This document shows positions 26,701 to 38,880 of a stretch of 64,000 bases of DNA, piece after piece (the stretch's first letter is position 1; each line of letters starts with the position of its first letter). Made by a program: the position numbers and the translations under genes. The stretch is taken from positions 52,644,749 to 52,708,748 of the forward strand of contig JAUZTB010000001.1 of assembly GCA_034780895.1 (NCBI GenBank), written 5' to 3'. The notes under the pieces are model-generated. The model was not told where the DNA came from and ran no database searches. It saw nothing but the letters and a program-made list of their open reading frames with translations. Origin of the DNA: Rhynchobatus australiae. Its lineage: Eukaryota.

Positions 26701-27924
26701 CAGATATTAAAATGTAACGAAAATGCTGGAACCACTCAGTAGGTCAAGCGAGATATGTGGAAAGAGGAACAGTTCAGGTTGATTCATCAGACTGGGAAAA
26801 GCAGGTTAGTTTTGAGATACAGATAAGGTGGGGAGAAGATGCACAGGACAACAGGAGTATCTGTGATTGGGTGAGGTCAGGGTTGTCAAGGGGATAAGTT
26901 GTGCTATCTGGTCAAATGGGCTAAAGATGGCAAATGGAGAGTGATAATACAAACAAACAAGCTTAATGTGTTGCAAACAGTGGGGATATGGGACATACAT
27001 AGCAAGTCAGATTGTGCTGTTGGAGAAAGAAAAACTGAGCTAATACCACACACGCATGGGTGTCTTACAGCATAAAATAGCCAATCCTGATGTAGACAGA
27101 GAAAGTGAGTTACCTGAAAATAAAAAAAAACTGCAGATGCTGGAAATCTAAAATTAATTACTTGAAGCCGGAGAATTCAATATTAAGTCCAGAAGGCTAC
27201 ATTGTGCCCAGATGGGTGTGTTCCTCAGGCTTCCATTGGGCCTAGTTATGTCAGTGCAGTGAAAGGCAACTTTAATTCTCCATCCCACTCTGGCATATCA
27301 ATCTGGAACTCAAACTTCTCACAGTTTTTGTACTTGATTGATTAATTCAAATTACCATTACATAATGTTGTAAACAAATACTTGATAGCATAATTTGTAG
27401 CATAGATGGGAGTGGATTGGCATAAAATCAGACTGCTTAATCCAGTAGTATTAAGAAGAAAGGCTGGATGGGACTGTCACTCAGGAACTCAACTGGCATT
27501 GCCTGGTGAATAATGACAGGCTTTTGTCAGGGCCAGTGATATTTCACATTTAACAGGGCCCAGATAAGCATGAGGAAAAGATGTACAAGTTACATAGGTG
27601 ACCAGGAAATTCTATGTGACCATTGGAATAAAAGTACTTAAATCATTTTTATATTTTTATCATTTCAGGTTTCCATTTTTGGATGAAGTTGTTGTTTCTT
27701 TTCTAAACTCGCTTCCTGTGTGGGATAAAGCAGATTTGACTCTGCCTCGTGGGATTGGAGAAAAGCTACTTCTACGAATGGCTGCAAAAGAATTGGGTCT
27801 CTCAGCATCTGCTGTTTTACCAAAGAGAGCAATGCAGTTTGGGTCTAGAATCTCAAAGATGGAAAACCATAAAGAAAAGGCCTCTGACAAATGTAGCAGA
27901 TTATTGCAAAACATGGTAGATTAG
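23747..27924 (+). CDS. ASNSD1: Asparagine synthetase domain-containing protein 1, ~624 aa, join(23747..25183,26386..26671 with a spurious 100-N gap,27669..27924)
   Basis: Motifs: N-terminal MCGI (Ntn glutamine amidotransferase Cys), [22 protein letters not shown]-loop [47 protein letters not shown]. Donor AAG|GTGAG at 25183, acceptor TTTAG|26386, donor AG|GTGAG at 26671, acceptor TTTCAG|27669. Confidence 0.97.
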
Positions 27925-30900
27925 TTGTCTTTGTTGTTTAACATAAAAGTTTTAGGGAAGGTAGAGGGCTACAATAATTACAATATTTAATTATTACATT
28001 AATTCCAAACAAAAATTGGAGGATTAGTTACTTTTGCTCGAGACTCCAATATAGTATATAATTATGCAGTTTAAACAGGTGATGAGACATTCAGGAATAC
28101 TTAATTGTTGAAANNNNNNNNNNNNNNNNNNNNNNNNNNNNNNNNNNNNNNNNNNNNNNNNNNNNNNNNNNNNNNNNNNNNNNNNNNNNNNNNNNNNNNN
28201 NNNNNNNNNNNNNAATAAGAGTTATAGTTGCATTTTTATGTTGCATTAATTTTTCTTTCTCCAGTCAAGCAACCAGAAAATATTAACTACCCTCTAAAAT
28301 GGCTACTTCAAACCAATTTTGACAAAAAGTGTTTAAATATGTTTAGGTAAACTTTATGGCTATCTAAGGAAATCAATTAGTCTTACATTTCAATAATTAA
28401 TGTAATATCTGTACCTTTAATTTGTGCCTTTAATCTGTACCTTTTAATCTGTACATTTAATTTGTGTAACTGGGAAGTCTGGCACTTAGTTTTAAAATAT
28501 GGTCAAGGTACTTCAACATTTTAATACATTAGTGACACAGATATCCCACTGAACTCCCAGTAGAACTTCATTATAATTTTGGTGTTGCTATTGAAAGCAG
28601 GCAATGTTATCTTCTAATGTTAAACAGTTTCATACTTCCACTGTTTAACAGATTTTAAAAAATGGGTACTGAAGATATTTCCTGGTACACAATTTGTGCT
28701 GGGAAATAAATGAAGGTAAGATTATCAGCACTTGCTGTTCTAATTAGTGTGCCAAATAGTGTTAAACTGCTGAGTTATTTTACAGCTATCAACTAGTTTG
28801 CTTGACAGTATCAATACAAATATTAATTTACAAAATTAGCCATGCATGAAATGTTGTTTCATATATTATAGTGGTAATCATGACAAAGCCTATTGGTGTT
28901 TGCCATTATTTACACTGTGAAACTGACAAACTCTGGTATTTTTGCACATGCATTCTTTAATGCAGAAATACCAAATCAGTTGTCATAATTCAGCATGCTG
29001 TCACACGCCATACTCTTTGCAACTTCCATTGAATTTAAGCTCCTTATGAACATATCCCACTGTAACATATCTGAAAATCATATGTTTAGTTACATGGTCT
29101 GAGCAAGTTTTAGTGGAACACCGATTTTTAACTGCTGTTTAGCAAACCATTGAACCCTAAGAATAGATTTTCTTTTGTGTATTGTTAGTTTCCTGAAATG
29201 TTTCACGTACACAAGTTAAAATTAAAGTATTTATTTTAGTGAGTAAATATTTTAAGTGAGTGTCTGTTTATGTGTACCTGAAACTTTCTGATCTCCTGTC
29301 CATCAGAATTATTTAATGAAATTGGTTACTCAGCCAGCTCAATATAACAGCTGCCTGGTCCTGAAGTTCAATAAAGCTGATGCCAGCAGCAGGCATTGGA
29401 GTACAGGAAGTTCTTGTCTCAAGAGATTGCTGGATCTCCATAGAGTTTTTTCCTGAGATCTATGACAAGTACTATCACATTGCTGATTGTAATTTCTGAC
29501 CAATAAAGATGAAATTAGGTTGTAAGTCTGTGCAACAATTTATGCAGCATTTTCCTTTTTTTAAATCTAATTCATAGCTTCCACAAAATATGATCCAGTA
29601 CATTTAATAGTAGTGATTCCATGAAGCTGTGTTCAGAGAAGGTGAACCAGAGATGGAGATACAACATTGTAACCTCCATCTTTGAAGTTCTTAATCCATC
29701 AAAAAATAAAAATGCTGTTACTATGGAATCTCTTCTGTATGTCATTTCAGAATAAGGTAGAATAGTTGAGTAAGGTGCTGAGTTAGATATAAGAAAAACA
29801 TTTTCAGTAGTTGGGGTTTTATATCTGGTAGTTAAAAAAACTGTAGGTAATATGGTGTGAATAGCACATTATTAGCAAAGGAGCTGCAGTAGAAATTGCT
29901 TGTCAATTCATGCTATTACTACTTGTAAAATTTATAAAATAATTAAAATATCTCAACAATAATGGTCTGGAGTTTTGGAAATGAAAATATTGAAGTATCT
30001 TTTCAAGATCTTTTGCATCCCTTGGTTTCCTCTCAATTTCAAATGTATACTAAAGGATGTATTGCAGACAGCATGAATGTCGTGCTACCACTTTATTTGA
30101 TCCAAACATTTTTGCATGAAATTTGGCACCTCTAAGGTTGGCCTAATCATATTCAGCATTCCTACAAACTGGCAGTACTCTGTGTTGTAAAATAGATTTC
30201 ATTTAATAAAAAATACTGATGATAGTCAAACATGTTTAGTTTAGCTACATACAGTTCGCTTCCAGCAGAATTTAAATTTAGCTCTTACTGGTTTGATACA
30301 AAAGGTTTGTTGAAATTGTATCAATAAACCTCAAATCTAGAAGTCTTCCAGTCAATTCTGCCTAAAGAATTTGAAAATAAGTATTCTGAATTTCATTAAA
30401 AAAAACTCATTGATAATATACAAATATGAAATCTGTTCCAAAGTAATCTCAGCAATTGAGTAACAATTTCAAAACAAGTTACATATTGTTGCTGTTATAG
30501 CCTTGTGCATAATGGAAAGTACACCTAAGAGAAAGACCAGTCAGGTTTTTGCAGGAATGATGCAGATTAACTGACTGGTGTTTTCATCCAACATGAGCCC
30601 TATATTTTTTGACTGTAAAGGCAGAAAAACTCTTGTTTCACTTCATGTTCTCCAAAGAAATTGTCTTATAAAGTGATGTAATTTATAAACACCCTTTCAT
30701 TGCATCATTCAAAAAGCATAAGGATTATACAATCACTTCAGAAATGTTATTTTAAAAGCTGAGGATATCTCATCATTGTTTGACTCTATCACTGGTCAAC
30801 TGAATAAGAAATGCATTATTTTCAAAATGACTACGATGAGAAATCTATGACTGTGCATTTCTGGTTTGTATTTGCTCAATGCTACAACAATAAGAACATC

Positions 30901-31057
30901 TATTTTGAACCATAATGTCAGAACATGTAATCAGAAGGTTTCATTAAATGTATGGTGCCAAACCATTTTCTTTGGTTCCACTATTAGACAGTTCTATTTA
31001 AAATATTAACAAAAGAAATGGTCACCACAGGTTTAAAAAAACTTAATTGGAATCAGA

Positions 31058-34000
31058 TTACGTATCACAAGACTTCTGGAAGTATTTGGTACATTCAATG
31101 TATGATGGAAGGTTTCCAACATCAAAACGGCCACATACATGATGGACAAACACTGGTTTCCTGCAATACAAAAAAACAAAAGTAGTAAAATGGCATAACA
31201 TTTTAAAATAATTTAAAATAAACACTCTTACCTTGAGTAGACCCAAAGTAAAAAATTTCCAGGCGCATCTCTCTCTTCCAAGGGTGAATTCTATTGAAGA
31301 TAAATATTTTAAAGAAGTTTTTATATAAACTGCTGAAATTAACAATTCTTGTATTTTGCCAAGAAATTATGAATTGGTAAATTAAATGAAAAGAAAGTTG
31401 GGTCATTTAGATAGGTATAGATGTCATCAGCATATCTGATTCAAGCACATCATTTCAATACAGTCCTCCCCATTTACAATATGTAACAAAAGTGATTAAT
31501 TGGCTTTAAAACATTAACTGCATATTTGAACCATGCTGTGGACTTGTTTATGTGAAAATGTAGTCCCTACTCTATATTCCAAATTAAAGTCAAAATTTTA
31601 ACTATAAGTACTGTTCAAGTGTATCAATATATTAATAAGTCTTAAACAGGCAATGTAGAATATTATTTGCCTACAATGATTAAATGCTGAACTAATAACT
31701 AAGTGGTACAATTCATTAATTTGACAACTGCCTAACATTTATCCAGTTACAACATGACTTAAAAAATGTACTTTTTAAAAAAAAAATAGATTTAACGATC
31801 TTATTAATGCCAGCACTTGCCTGTTTGTCTTGAAGAAATTTTGCGATTAATGGAACTGTATTTTTTGAGTATATGTAAAAGCATGGGCACTGGAAGATAG
31901 AAAATTGTGGATAAAAAACTCTGGTCAATATTCAACAAGACAAGTAGTATTGAATCTGCTAATTATTTTAACTGAGAGAAATAGAAATCCAAGGTGAGAA
32001 TGTTTATTTAGCTCCACAGTGATGTTTTCGAAGTAACTTTTTCCAAAGAGGCTTTTTAAGAAAAATTATACATGGTCAAGAAATGTCAGGTCAAGAAAGA
32101 AAAAATCTTACTGCTCGGCGAGATGTTGTTTCATTGGAGCTGGGTTTTTCTTTAAATCCAGTGACTTGGAACTTTTCGTTTACTTCCAATATGCCAAACT
32201 TTGCAGTTTCTGCTGAAAGAAGATATTACGTTAGTTTTCCCAAAGATCGGTTCAAGAAAGAAACCATCTTTGTAATAAATTTTTGAATTGACCTTCATCT
32301 TTGCATAGGTATGACAAAACCAAACTGCTTTCGCAGTTAATATTCTGAAGCTCATCAAATTTTGCAAGGATATCCGAAAGACTGAAGTCCTCATAGAACA
32401 ATGTATCCCTGAGAAAAATAAGTAGTCAAAGTGAAAGCCAGAACAATTTATTAAACATGTAGTGGGTTAAATTTATTGCAGTTTTTTTTTGTCATCTCCA
32501 AGTTTAACTATTCCAAAATTCTATTCTTCTCCACCTTCTGTGAATTTCAGTTCAAGTTAAATTCTGAAGCCCATGTCCTGACATGGACCAAGTTCTGTTA
32601 GCAATGACCTAAATTGGTTCCAAGTTCCTGAGAGGTTCTAAATGAAAGCTTTCATGCTGTCTCTATCTCCAATCTGCCCTTTTTTCTTCCCCCCCCCCAA
32701 CTCCACCCCCTCCAAACTTTTCATTTCTGACTCTGCTCTGAAACTCATGCTTCAAAATTCATCTGCTTAATCCTTCCTCTCTATTTTTGTCATTTCACCT
32801 CCCTCTCCATTTTTAAAACTTATCTTCAACTAAGCTTGTAGTGACATCCAATGCCCCCTTAATAAATACTTTCATGCATATTGTTGAAGTTTTTAAAACA
32901 NNNNNNNNNNNNNNNNNNNNNNNNNNNNNNNNNNNNNNNNNNNNNNNNNNNNNNNNNNNNNNNNNNNNNNNNNNNNNNNNNNNNNNNNNNNNNNNNNNNN
33001 NNNNNNNTATCTTGAACCATTGGCAATCCTCTAAGTCCAGACTATTTTTAGGTGGGGGGGGGGGATTCCAGAATTTAGAGCAGGGACAATGACAGCACAC
33101 TGATATGTTTCCAAGGAGGATTAGAACTAGCAAAAGAAAATGGACGGTAATGTGGTAATGAAGCAGAAAGGTAGATTATGAAAGCAATGGATGTCAGACC
33201 TTAAGTGATATTTGCATAGGTTAAGCAGACTCTGCCTGTGCTTTCTTGAGTTTAGAAATATGAAAGATTACCTTATTTATAGACCAGACAGATACATTGA
33301 AGGTTAAATGAGGAAGAAATAATACAATACAAAAACTACAATTTGATGACTAACATTTTGTTCTTCAAATTGTTTATCACAGGGTACTAATGTTATTAGC
33401 TAATGCTACAGAATAATAGCAGCTACAGAATAATTCATTTTAAATATGAAGATACTCTGTTGAGTTTATATGGTAAATTAAAATACATGTTAAATATTGC
33501 ATATTTTAAGCTATTTACCTTATTTTTAAACCTTTAATAGCCATTTAATGTATTTTTTATTATTGCTTACCCGCCTAGAACCAATATATGATCATTGATG
33601 TTAAATTGAGTAATGGCAAGCTGAAGACAAGGAATTGCACCCAAACGTTCCTATGAAGAGAATAAGCTTAATTTTTAAAAAAATTTTTCCATAAATTTGT
33701 AAGATGTATGTACAATATAACATTTTAATCACAATTTGTTCAATACTTATGTTTATAAATGAAAATCCTGTAAAAATGGGGAGACCCCTTTTATTTCTCT
33801 CCTTGGCACTTTGAGAAAAGGTTACTTAGATAATTGAGATTTGCAAAATTCCTTCTGTATTTAAAATTTACAGATATTCAATATGTGTAATGAACTGACC
33901 TAAGACTTGTCAGATGTCAGCATTATTATTTTCATTACAATGATAATCTCCAATCAAAAAATACAGTTAACAAGTTCATAACTACTGCATTTGATGAGGT

Positions 34001-36646
34001 GGATGCAGAGTCTATACTCTCCTGGTTTGAGTATCCAGAATCAGAGTCATGCCTCAATGTAAGGGGATGATGGGACAAGAGATGAAACTACTTTGAGGGT
34101 ATCAAGTCTATGGAGGGCCCAGAAAACTTAGTTGCTGAACACTTAAGATTTTATCATTCTATGCTTAAGATAGAACTGGATATATTTTTAGATATCAAAG
34201 AGAACTCATTAGTGCAGAAAAGTGGCACTGAAGTAGAAAAGCAACCCTATTCGTAATGAATGGTGGACCAGACACAAGGAGCCAAACTTTTATTTTGTAT
34301 GTATGTATTTAGATAGTAGTTGAAGTTCTAACATTTAGAATCAGCTCAAAGACATCAATAATGTAGCTGAGGATCAATTTTAATTGTGACTTAATTTATA
34401 CACGTAGATCTGTTACAACATTATAATGCTCTATCCAAGCATTACCTATATACTAATAGGGAAAAAAATTGGAAACAAAAGAATAATTGCATTAACCAGG
34501 CATTAATAAATGCATTTTATCACCATCATTGCTGATAAATACTCATTTTCTGAACGTATTTTTCACTTTTACGAAGGAATTAAAGAGAAACAATAATCAG
34601 TGTAAGCTTAATTGTATCTAAAAAGTGTTTGTAATTTCCATGGTGATCCAATGCTTTTGAAAGTCAGCAATTCCAAATCATTGACTGAAAAATCCTGGAT
34701 ATAGTAGAGAAGAATACCCACCTCATTGCTTCTTGTTCCATCATTTATGACTTTAACTAGTTGGAACTCCTTTGCCCAATCTTCAAATTTTGCATAATAG
34801 AGATCGTTGGTCTGCAAAGATCATTAGCAATCAGTGACATAGTTAGAAGGATGATACATCTACATTATTCAATAGTTATAAGGATCAAAACAAAGTTTTA
34901 ATTAACCCCAATTATAAATGTAAAAATTGAAAATGATTCAATTTTCTAGCACATGAATTTTGCAGACTAAAAAAGATGAACTATATTGGGAATTAAAATG
35001 GTGAATTTGCATTTGGAATAGTTGAACAAAGCACAAGAAAAAAAATCAATTACTTCCAAGTAATCCCTCATGAATAGCAACTATGTCCAATTCAGTGCCA
35101 AAAATCGTACAATGATCAAATTTTAAGCATTTACAAAAAATTCTCTTTATAAACTCCAGTACAACACCTTAGTACTGCTCTGTGTCCTTGTACTTTTGGA
35201 CAACAATTATTTTAGGCTGGTACCGCTCAATAATTAAGCTCCTGGGCTGGCATCACTGTTAATGTGGAAATCTTTGGTTTTACTTTTAAAAAGGCTCACA
35301 TGCTGTTATTTTTTTTAAAAAAAGGCGGCACTGATGCTCCATTTTCTGTTCATTTTGAATAAGTGCAAAATCATTTCAGTAACAGGCCAAAAACCAATGA
35401 AAATTTCAGCCCAACTTTTATACTTGATTCTTATCAATCTGAAATGTATAAAATAGGAAAGTGGTATATTTAATAATCTTGGATTTCAGGAGAATTACAG
35501 CTTAAACAGCACAGGAGGTAGCTCTTTGGTCTATCATGCCGGTGTCAACATGAAGTTAACTTCTCCCACTCACATTCAGGCCTGCATTTTTTTTCTGTTT
35601 CAGTAGTCTACCAATTTCTCTTTGGGAAGTTATTGAATTTGCTTCCAACACCCTTTCTGAAATTGTAACAATTCAGAACATGAATTCTATGTAGTCACCT
35701 CTGATTTTATATTTACCTTGTATCTATTTATAAAATGCAAAAAATAATTCCTTAAATCGTCCTCCGACATCTCGCCACTGTTATCACACTGCATGGAAAT
35801 CGTCCTGCTTCAGGTGACATTCTAGTTCCTTTTACAGTTACCTTATATCTGTATCTACCAAATCTGCTATTTATCACAGGTCTTCTTCATTTAGTTCATC
35901 AAAAATCTTCACAAAACTCCCTGCAACTTTCTCATCTTGAACGAGAAAAATCCCATATTTTCCACCCTTCCTTGATATCCTTTTTAAGGTCTGGCATCCA
36001 GAATGGAACTATATTCAGGTGAGGCCTAACTTGCTTTTAATATTTTGTATCAACCTTACTTAATACTCTATTCATATTATTTAGAGCCAAAGAACATTTT
36101 AGTGGTTCTTTTCAACATTCTACCACCTTCAAAGGCTTTGTATACACACAGGGTTCATGTTGCTACACCTCTCAAAATTGTACCATTCTGTTTATATTGC
36201 CTCTTCTACTTTTACCAACATGCATCAATTTACAATTTTTCTGCAATAAACTTTATCTACCAATATCAACAGTCTCTTTCTACATCCATATGATGCATGT
36301 TATTATGTTCCTTGATGTTTACTACATTTCCAAGTTCTGTGTCATCTGCAAATGTTGAAATCATGCCTTGTGTGGCCAGGTCATAATCTTAGCTGAACTT
36401 TTGTAGTCCAAACACATAAATTTTCGAAAGAAAAAAATCAAAATGTAGACGTACAATAACATAAACTGCATCAATAGACTTGATCTTATTTATTGTTGTC
36501 ATCCAATGACTGATGAGTGGCTGATCTCCTACTGGTAAAAGGGGTTTAGGGATGCCGTGGAGATGCTTGAAATCTCCGCTGTTATCGTTCTGTAGATCAC
36601 GGCTGAACCTTGTGCCATAGCCAGCGGCGAGAATAATAGCCTTCAT
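31058..36646 (-). CDS. Single-domain sugar-1-phosphate nucleotidyltransferase (NTP_transferase / GT-A fold), 268 aa, complement(join(31058..31160,31232..31290,31821..31889,32112..32209,32293..32408,33571..33650,34722..34811,36455..36646))
   Basis: Eight exons total 807 nt and splice into one open frame. It begins MKAIILAAGYGTRF...PKPLLPVG, contains GGDTLF, KFGILEV, FKEKP and CPCFY, and ends GRFDVGNLPSY...KSCDT*. All introns are GT-AG except one GC-AG (CAG|GCAAGT at 31820). Confidence 0.92.
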
Positions 36647-36873
36647 AGTATTCGTACAATATATCCTACTGCAGAAATTAAAGCATATGTCACCAATATT
36701 TTAAGCAATGTGCTTATTTGCCATAAAAGTTCGAGGATTTTTATTCTATAAAGGCTTTTCCTATTTATCTTATGTATAAAATGCAAAAGATAATTCCTTA
36801 AATCCTCCTCCAACATCTCGCCACCTTTCTCTCACACTGCGCGGAAATCGTCCTGCTTCGGGTGACATTCTAG
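35729..36873 (+). repeat. ~100-bp direct repeat pair (35729-35825 and 36775-36873)
   Basis: Shared TATAAAATGCAAAA.ATAATTCCTTAAATC.TCCTCC.ACATCTCGCCAC...GGAAATCGTCCTGCTTC.GGTGACATTCTAG. Confidence 0.9.
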
Positions 36874-37239
36874 GACCATAAACTGGGAAGAGGTGTTTTT
36901 GTGCCAGCACAGTCACAGGATGTCAGTTTCACCAACTAGGCCAATCAAACTGGGGGGGGGTCACAGATTACCCAGAGCAAGGCTTCCTTCTCTAAAATAC
37001 GTTAGTGATCTAGATGGGTTTATATCAAGGGTAGAGGGCTGGTGACGTTGGCAGGGTATTGCTGAGCTTGGTGCAATGTCAATGAGGATGAAGAAATCCT
37101 TAAGTTCGGAGAATTTTAGCATTGCTGCTGCTGCTACTGCTGAGATTGGTAGTATAATTGAAGCTGAAGGAGTGTTACGATTGTTAGTGTCAATAAGGAC
37201 GGAGGAGTTCTTATGATCACTGCTGCTGAGCGGAACATT

Positions 37240-37850
37240 TCTTTAATGCAGGTTCGCCCGCAGCTCTGCTGGGAACCGAACTCGTGTCTCCCGCGGTAAA
37301 GAGGCGGCAGCCCATTCCGGGGCGAGATACGGGTTCGCAATGCGGGGGGGGAAGCAGCCACGACCAACAGAAAGAGCCGCCCGGTGGGGGAGGAGGGATG
37401 AAGGGCTGGGGAGGGCCTGGAACCCAACCGCCCCGACTTCGCTTTTACCTTCCACCCGCTGCTCGGCGGAGGCGCCAGACACCGGAAGGGGGAGGAGGAG
37501 AAGCGGCGGCTTGACGCGCAGGGGCTCATGGTCGGCCGGCTGCGTTGTCAAGGAGACGGCGCCCGTTAGTAACAAGGGGGCGGGCGGGAGGGAGGAGAGG
37601 CGCCGGTGGGCGTGGTCGGCCGGCTGCGTTGTCAAGGAGACGGCGCCCGTTACTAACGGAGGGACGGGCCGGAAGAGAGGCGCCGGTGGGCGTGGTCGGC
37701 CGGCTGTGTTGTCAAGGAGACGGCGCCCGTTACTAACGGACGGGCGGCCGGCGACATCGGGGCACCGGCTCCGCAGCAGGGTCGGCCCCAGCATTACTGC
37801 AAGCTCGGGAGACAGACGGCTGGCTCCAGCGACTTGATTCCCCAGCTGCA
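37240..37850. promoter_or_regulatory. CpG-island bidirectional promoter between the nucleotidyltransferase gene (-) and ANKAR (+)
   Basis: CpG-dense segment between two divergent genes. Candidate minus-strand non-coding exon 1 ends at 37449 (GAAG|GTAAAA). ETS motif ACCGGAAG at 37481, GC boxes and three X-box-like motifs. Confidence 0.75.
37529..37741 (+). repeat. Three-copy ~80-84 bp tandem repeat in the CpG island
   Basis: Core TGGTCGGCCGGCTG(C/T)GTTGTCAAGGAGACGGCGCCCGTTA(G/C)TAAC starts at 37529, 37613 and 37693. Confidence 0.95.
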
Positions 37851-37859
37851 GGGTCATTT

Positions 37860-38880
37860 TACAAACCTCACTCTAACTTTACTCATCTCAGTGCTCGCTT
37901 CAGCGACGCCCTATCAACCTCGGGTTCCCTCACCAGTAGAACTACTGATTTCATCTCCAGCAGGCTTGCTCTGCCTGTCTCAAAGACAACTCAACCACCC
38001 CACCCGCACCACCCCCTTCCCTCAAATGACAATCGTCTGACTTCAGCGACAGTCTATCAGTTACAGGGACAACCTCACCAGGATAATTATATCATTTTCA
38101 CTGATGGTCTTGCTGTACAACTCCACTAGTTTTAATTACAGTTTCCTGACCTCAAAAGCAGCCAACAACTTCACTACCAGCTGCAGAAACAGTCTGTGAA
38201 ATTCAATTAACAGTCCACCAGTTTTAAATGGCAGTCTGCTAATCTTGGTGATATCATTAAGTATATCTACCAATCTCTCTGTTTACATCTTCGTGGCATT
38301 CTACTAACCTTGGTATAATTCTACCAAGCCAACAATGTTCTAACTTTAATTGAACTCTACCAATCTTAGTGACAGCCTCCATTTCTTAACTAGCAATGTC
38401 AGTACCAACTCACCATTTTCAATAACACTTTACTTTCAACAGAACTCCACCAATCTTCAGTTTTACTAAAGTCATTGACAGTCTCTGGTAATGTTCGACT
38501 AACCTTCGTAATTCTCCTACAAGTCTCAGTATTGCTCTATCAAGTTCATTATACACCATCATTCTCAGAATTGTGCCAGCTGCAGTAATACAACTAACCT
38601 CAGCAGAACTCCTCTGTCCTTATTGACACTGACAATTTTAACACTCCTTCAGTTTCAATTATACTATCAATCTCAGCGGTAACACAACAGCTATGCTAAA
38701 ATACTCCTAACTTCAGGATTTCTTCATCCTCATTGCCATTGTACCAAGTTCGGCAATACTCTGCCAATGTCACCAGTCCTCTACCTTTGACTGAAATCTG
38801 TCAGTCACAGAAAAATGTTGCCAACCTCAACATCACTCTATCAATAGTACAAATTTAGTAACTGCTCCAATAATATTGGA
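37860..38880 (+). repeat. Highly degenerate G-poor minisatellite-like array (~20-23 nt unit, approx. AACTCTACCAATCTTCAGT)
   Basis: Recurring variants aactctaccaatcttagtgac, aactccaccaatcttcag, agtccaccagttttaa, attctactaaccttggt and tatctaccaatctc, with strong C over G skew. Confidence 0.6.

Larger units (their letters stand above)
37025..38790. repeat. Inverted repeat pair (~185 bp arms at 37025-37211 and 38605-38790)
   Basis: The reverse complement of 38605-38790 aligns co-linearly with 37025-37211 (e.g. CAATGAGGATGAAGAAATCCT and GTGTCAATAAGGAC), roughly 85% identical by eye. Confidence 0.9.

Noticed and set aside
37529-37741. Repeat-spacer-like pattern suggesting a CRISPR array
   Set aside because: Vertebrate DNA, no cas genes, and the spacers resemble each other, so it is an ordinary tandem duplication.
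37134-37857. Long ORFs (131-204 aa) on both strands of the CpG island
   Set aside because: They arise from high GC content and the tandem repeat. The peptides are low-complexity and resemble no family I know.
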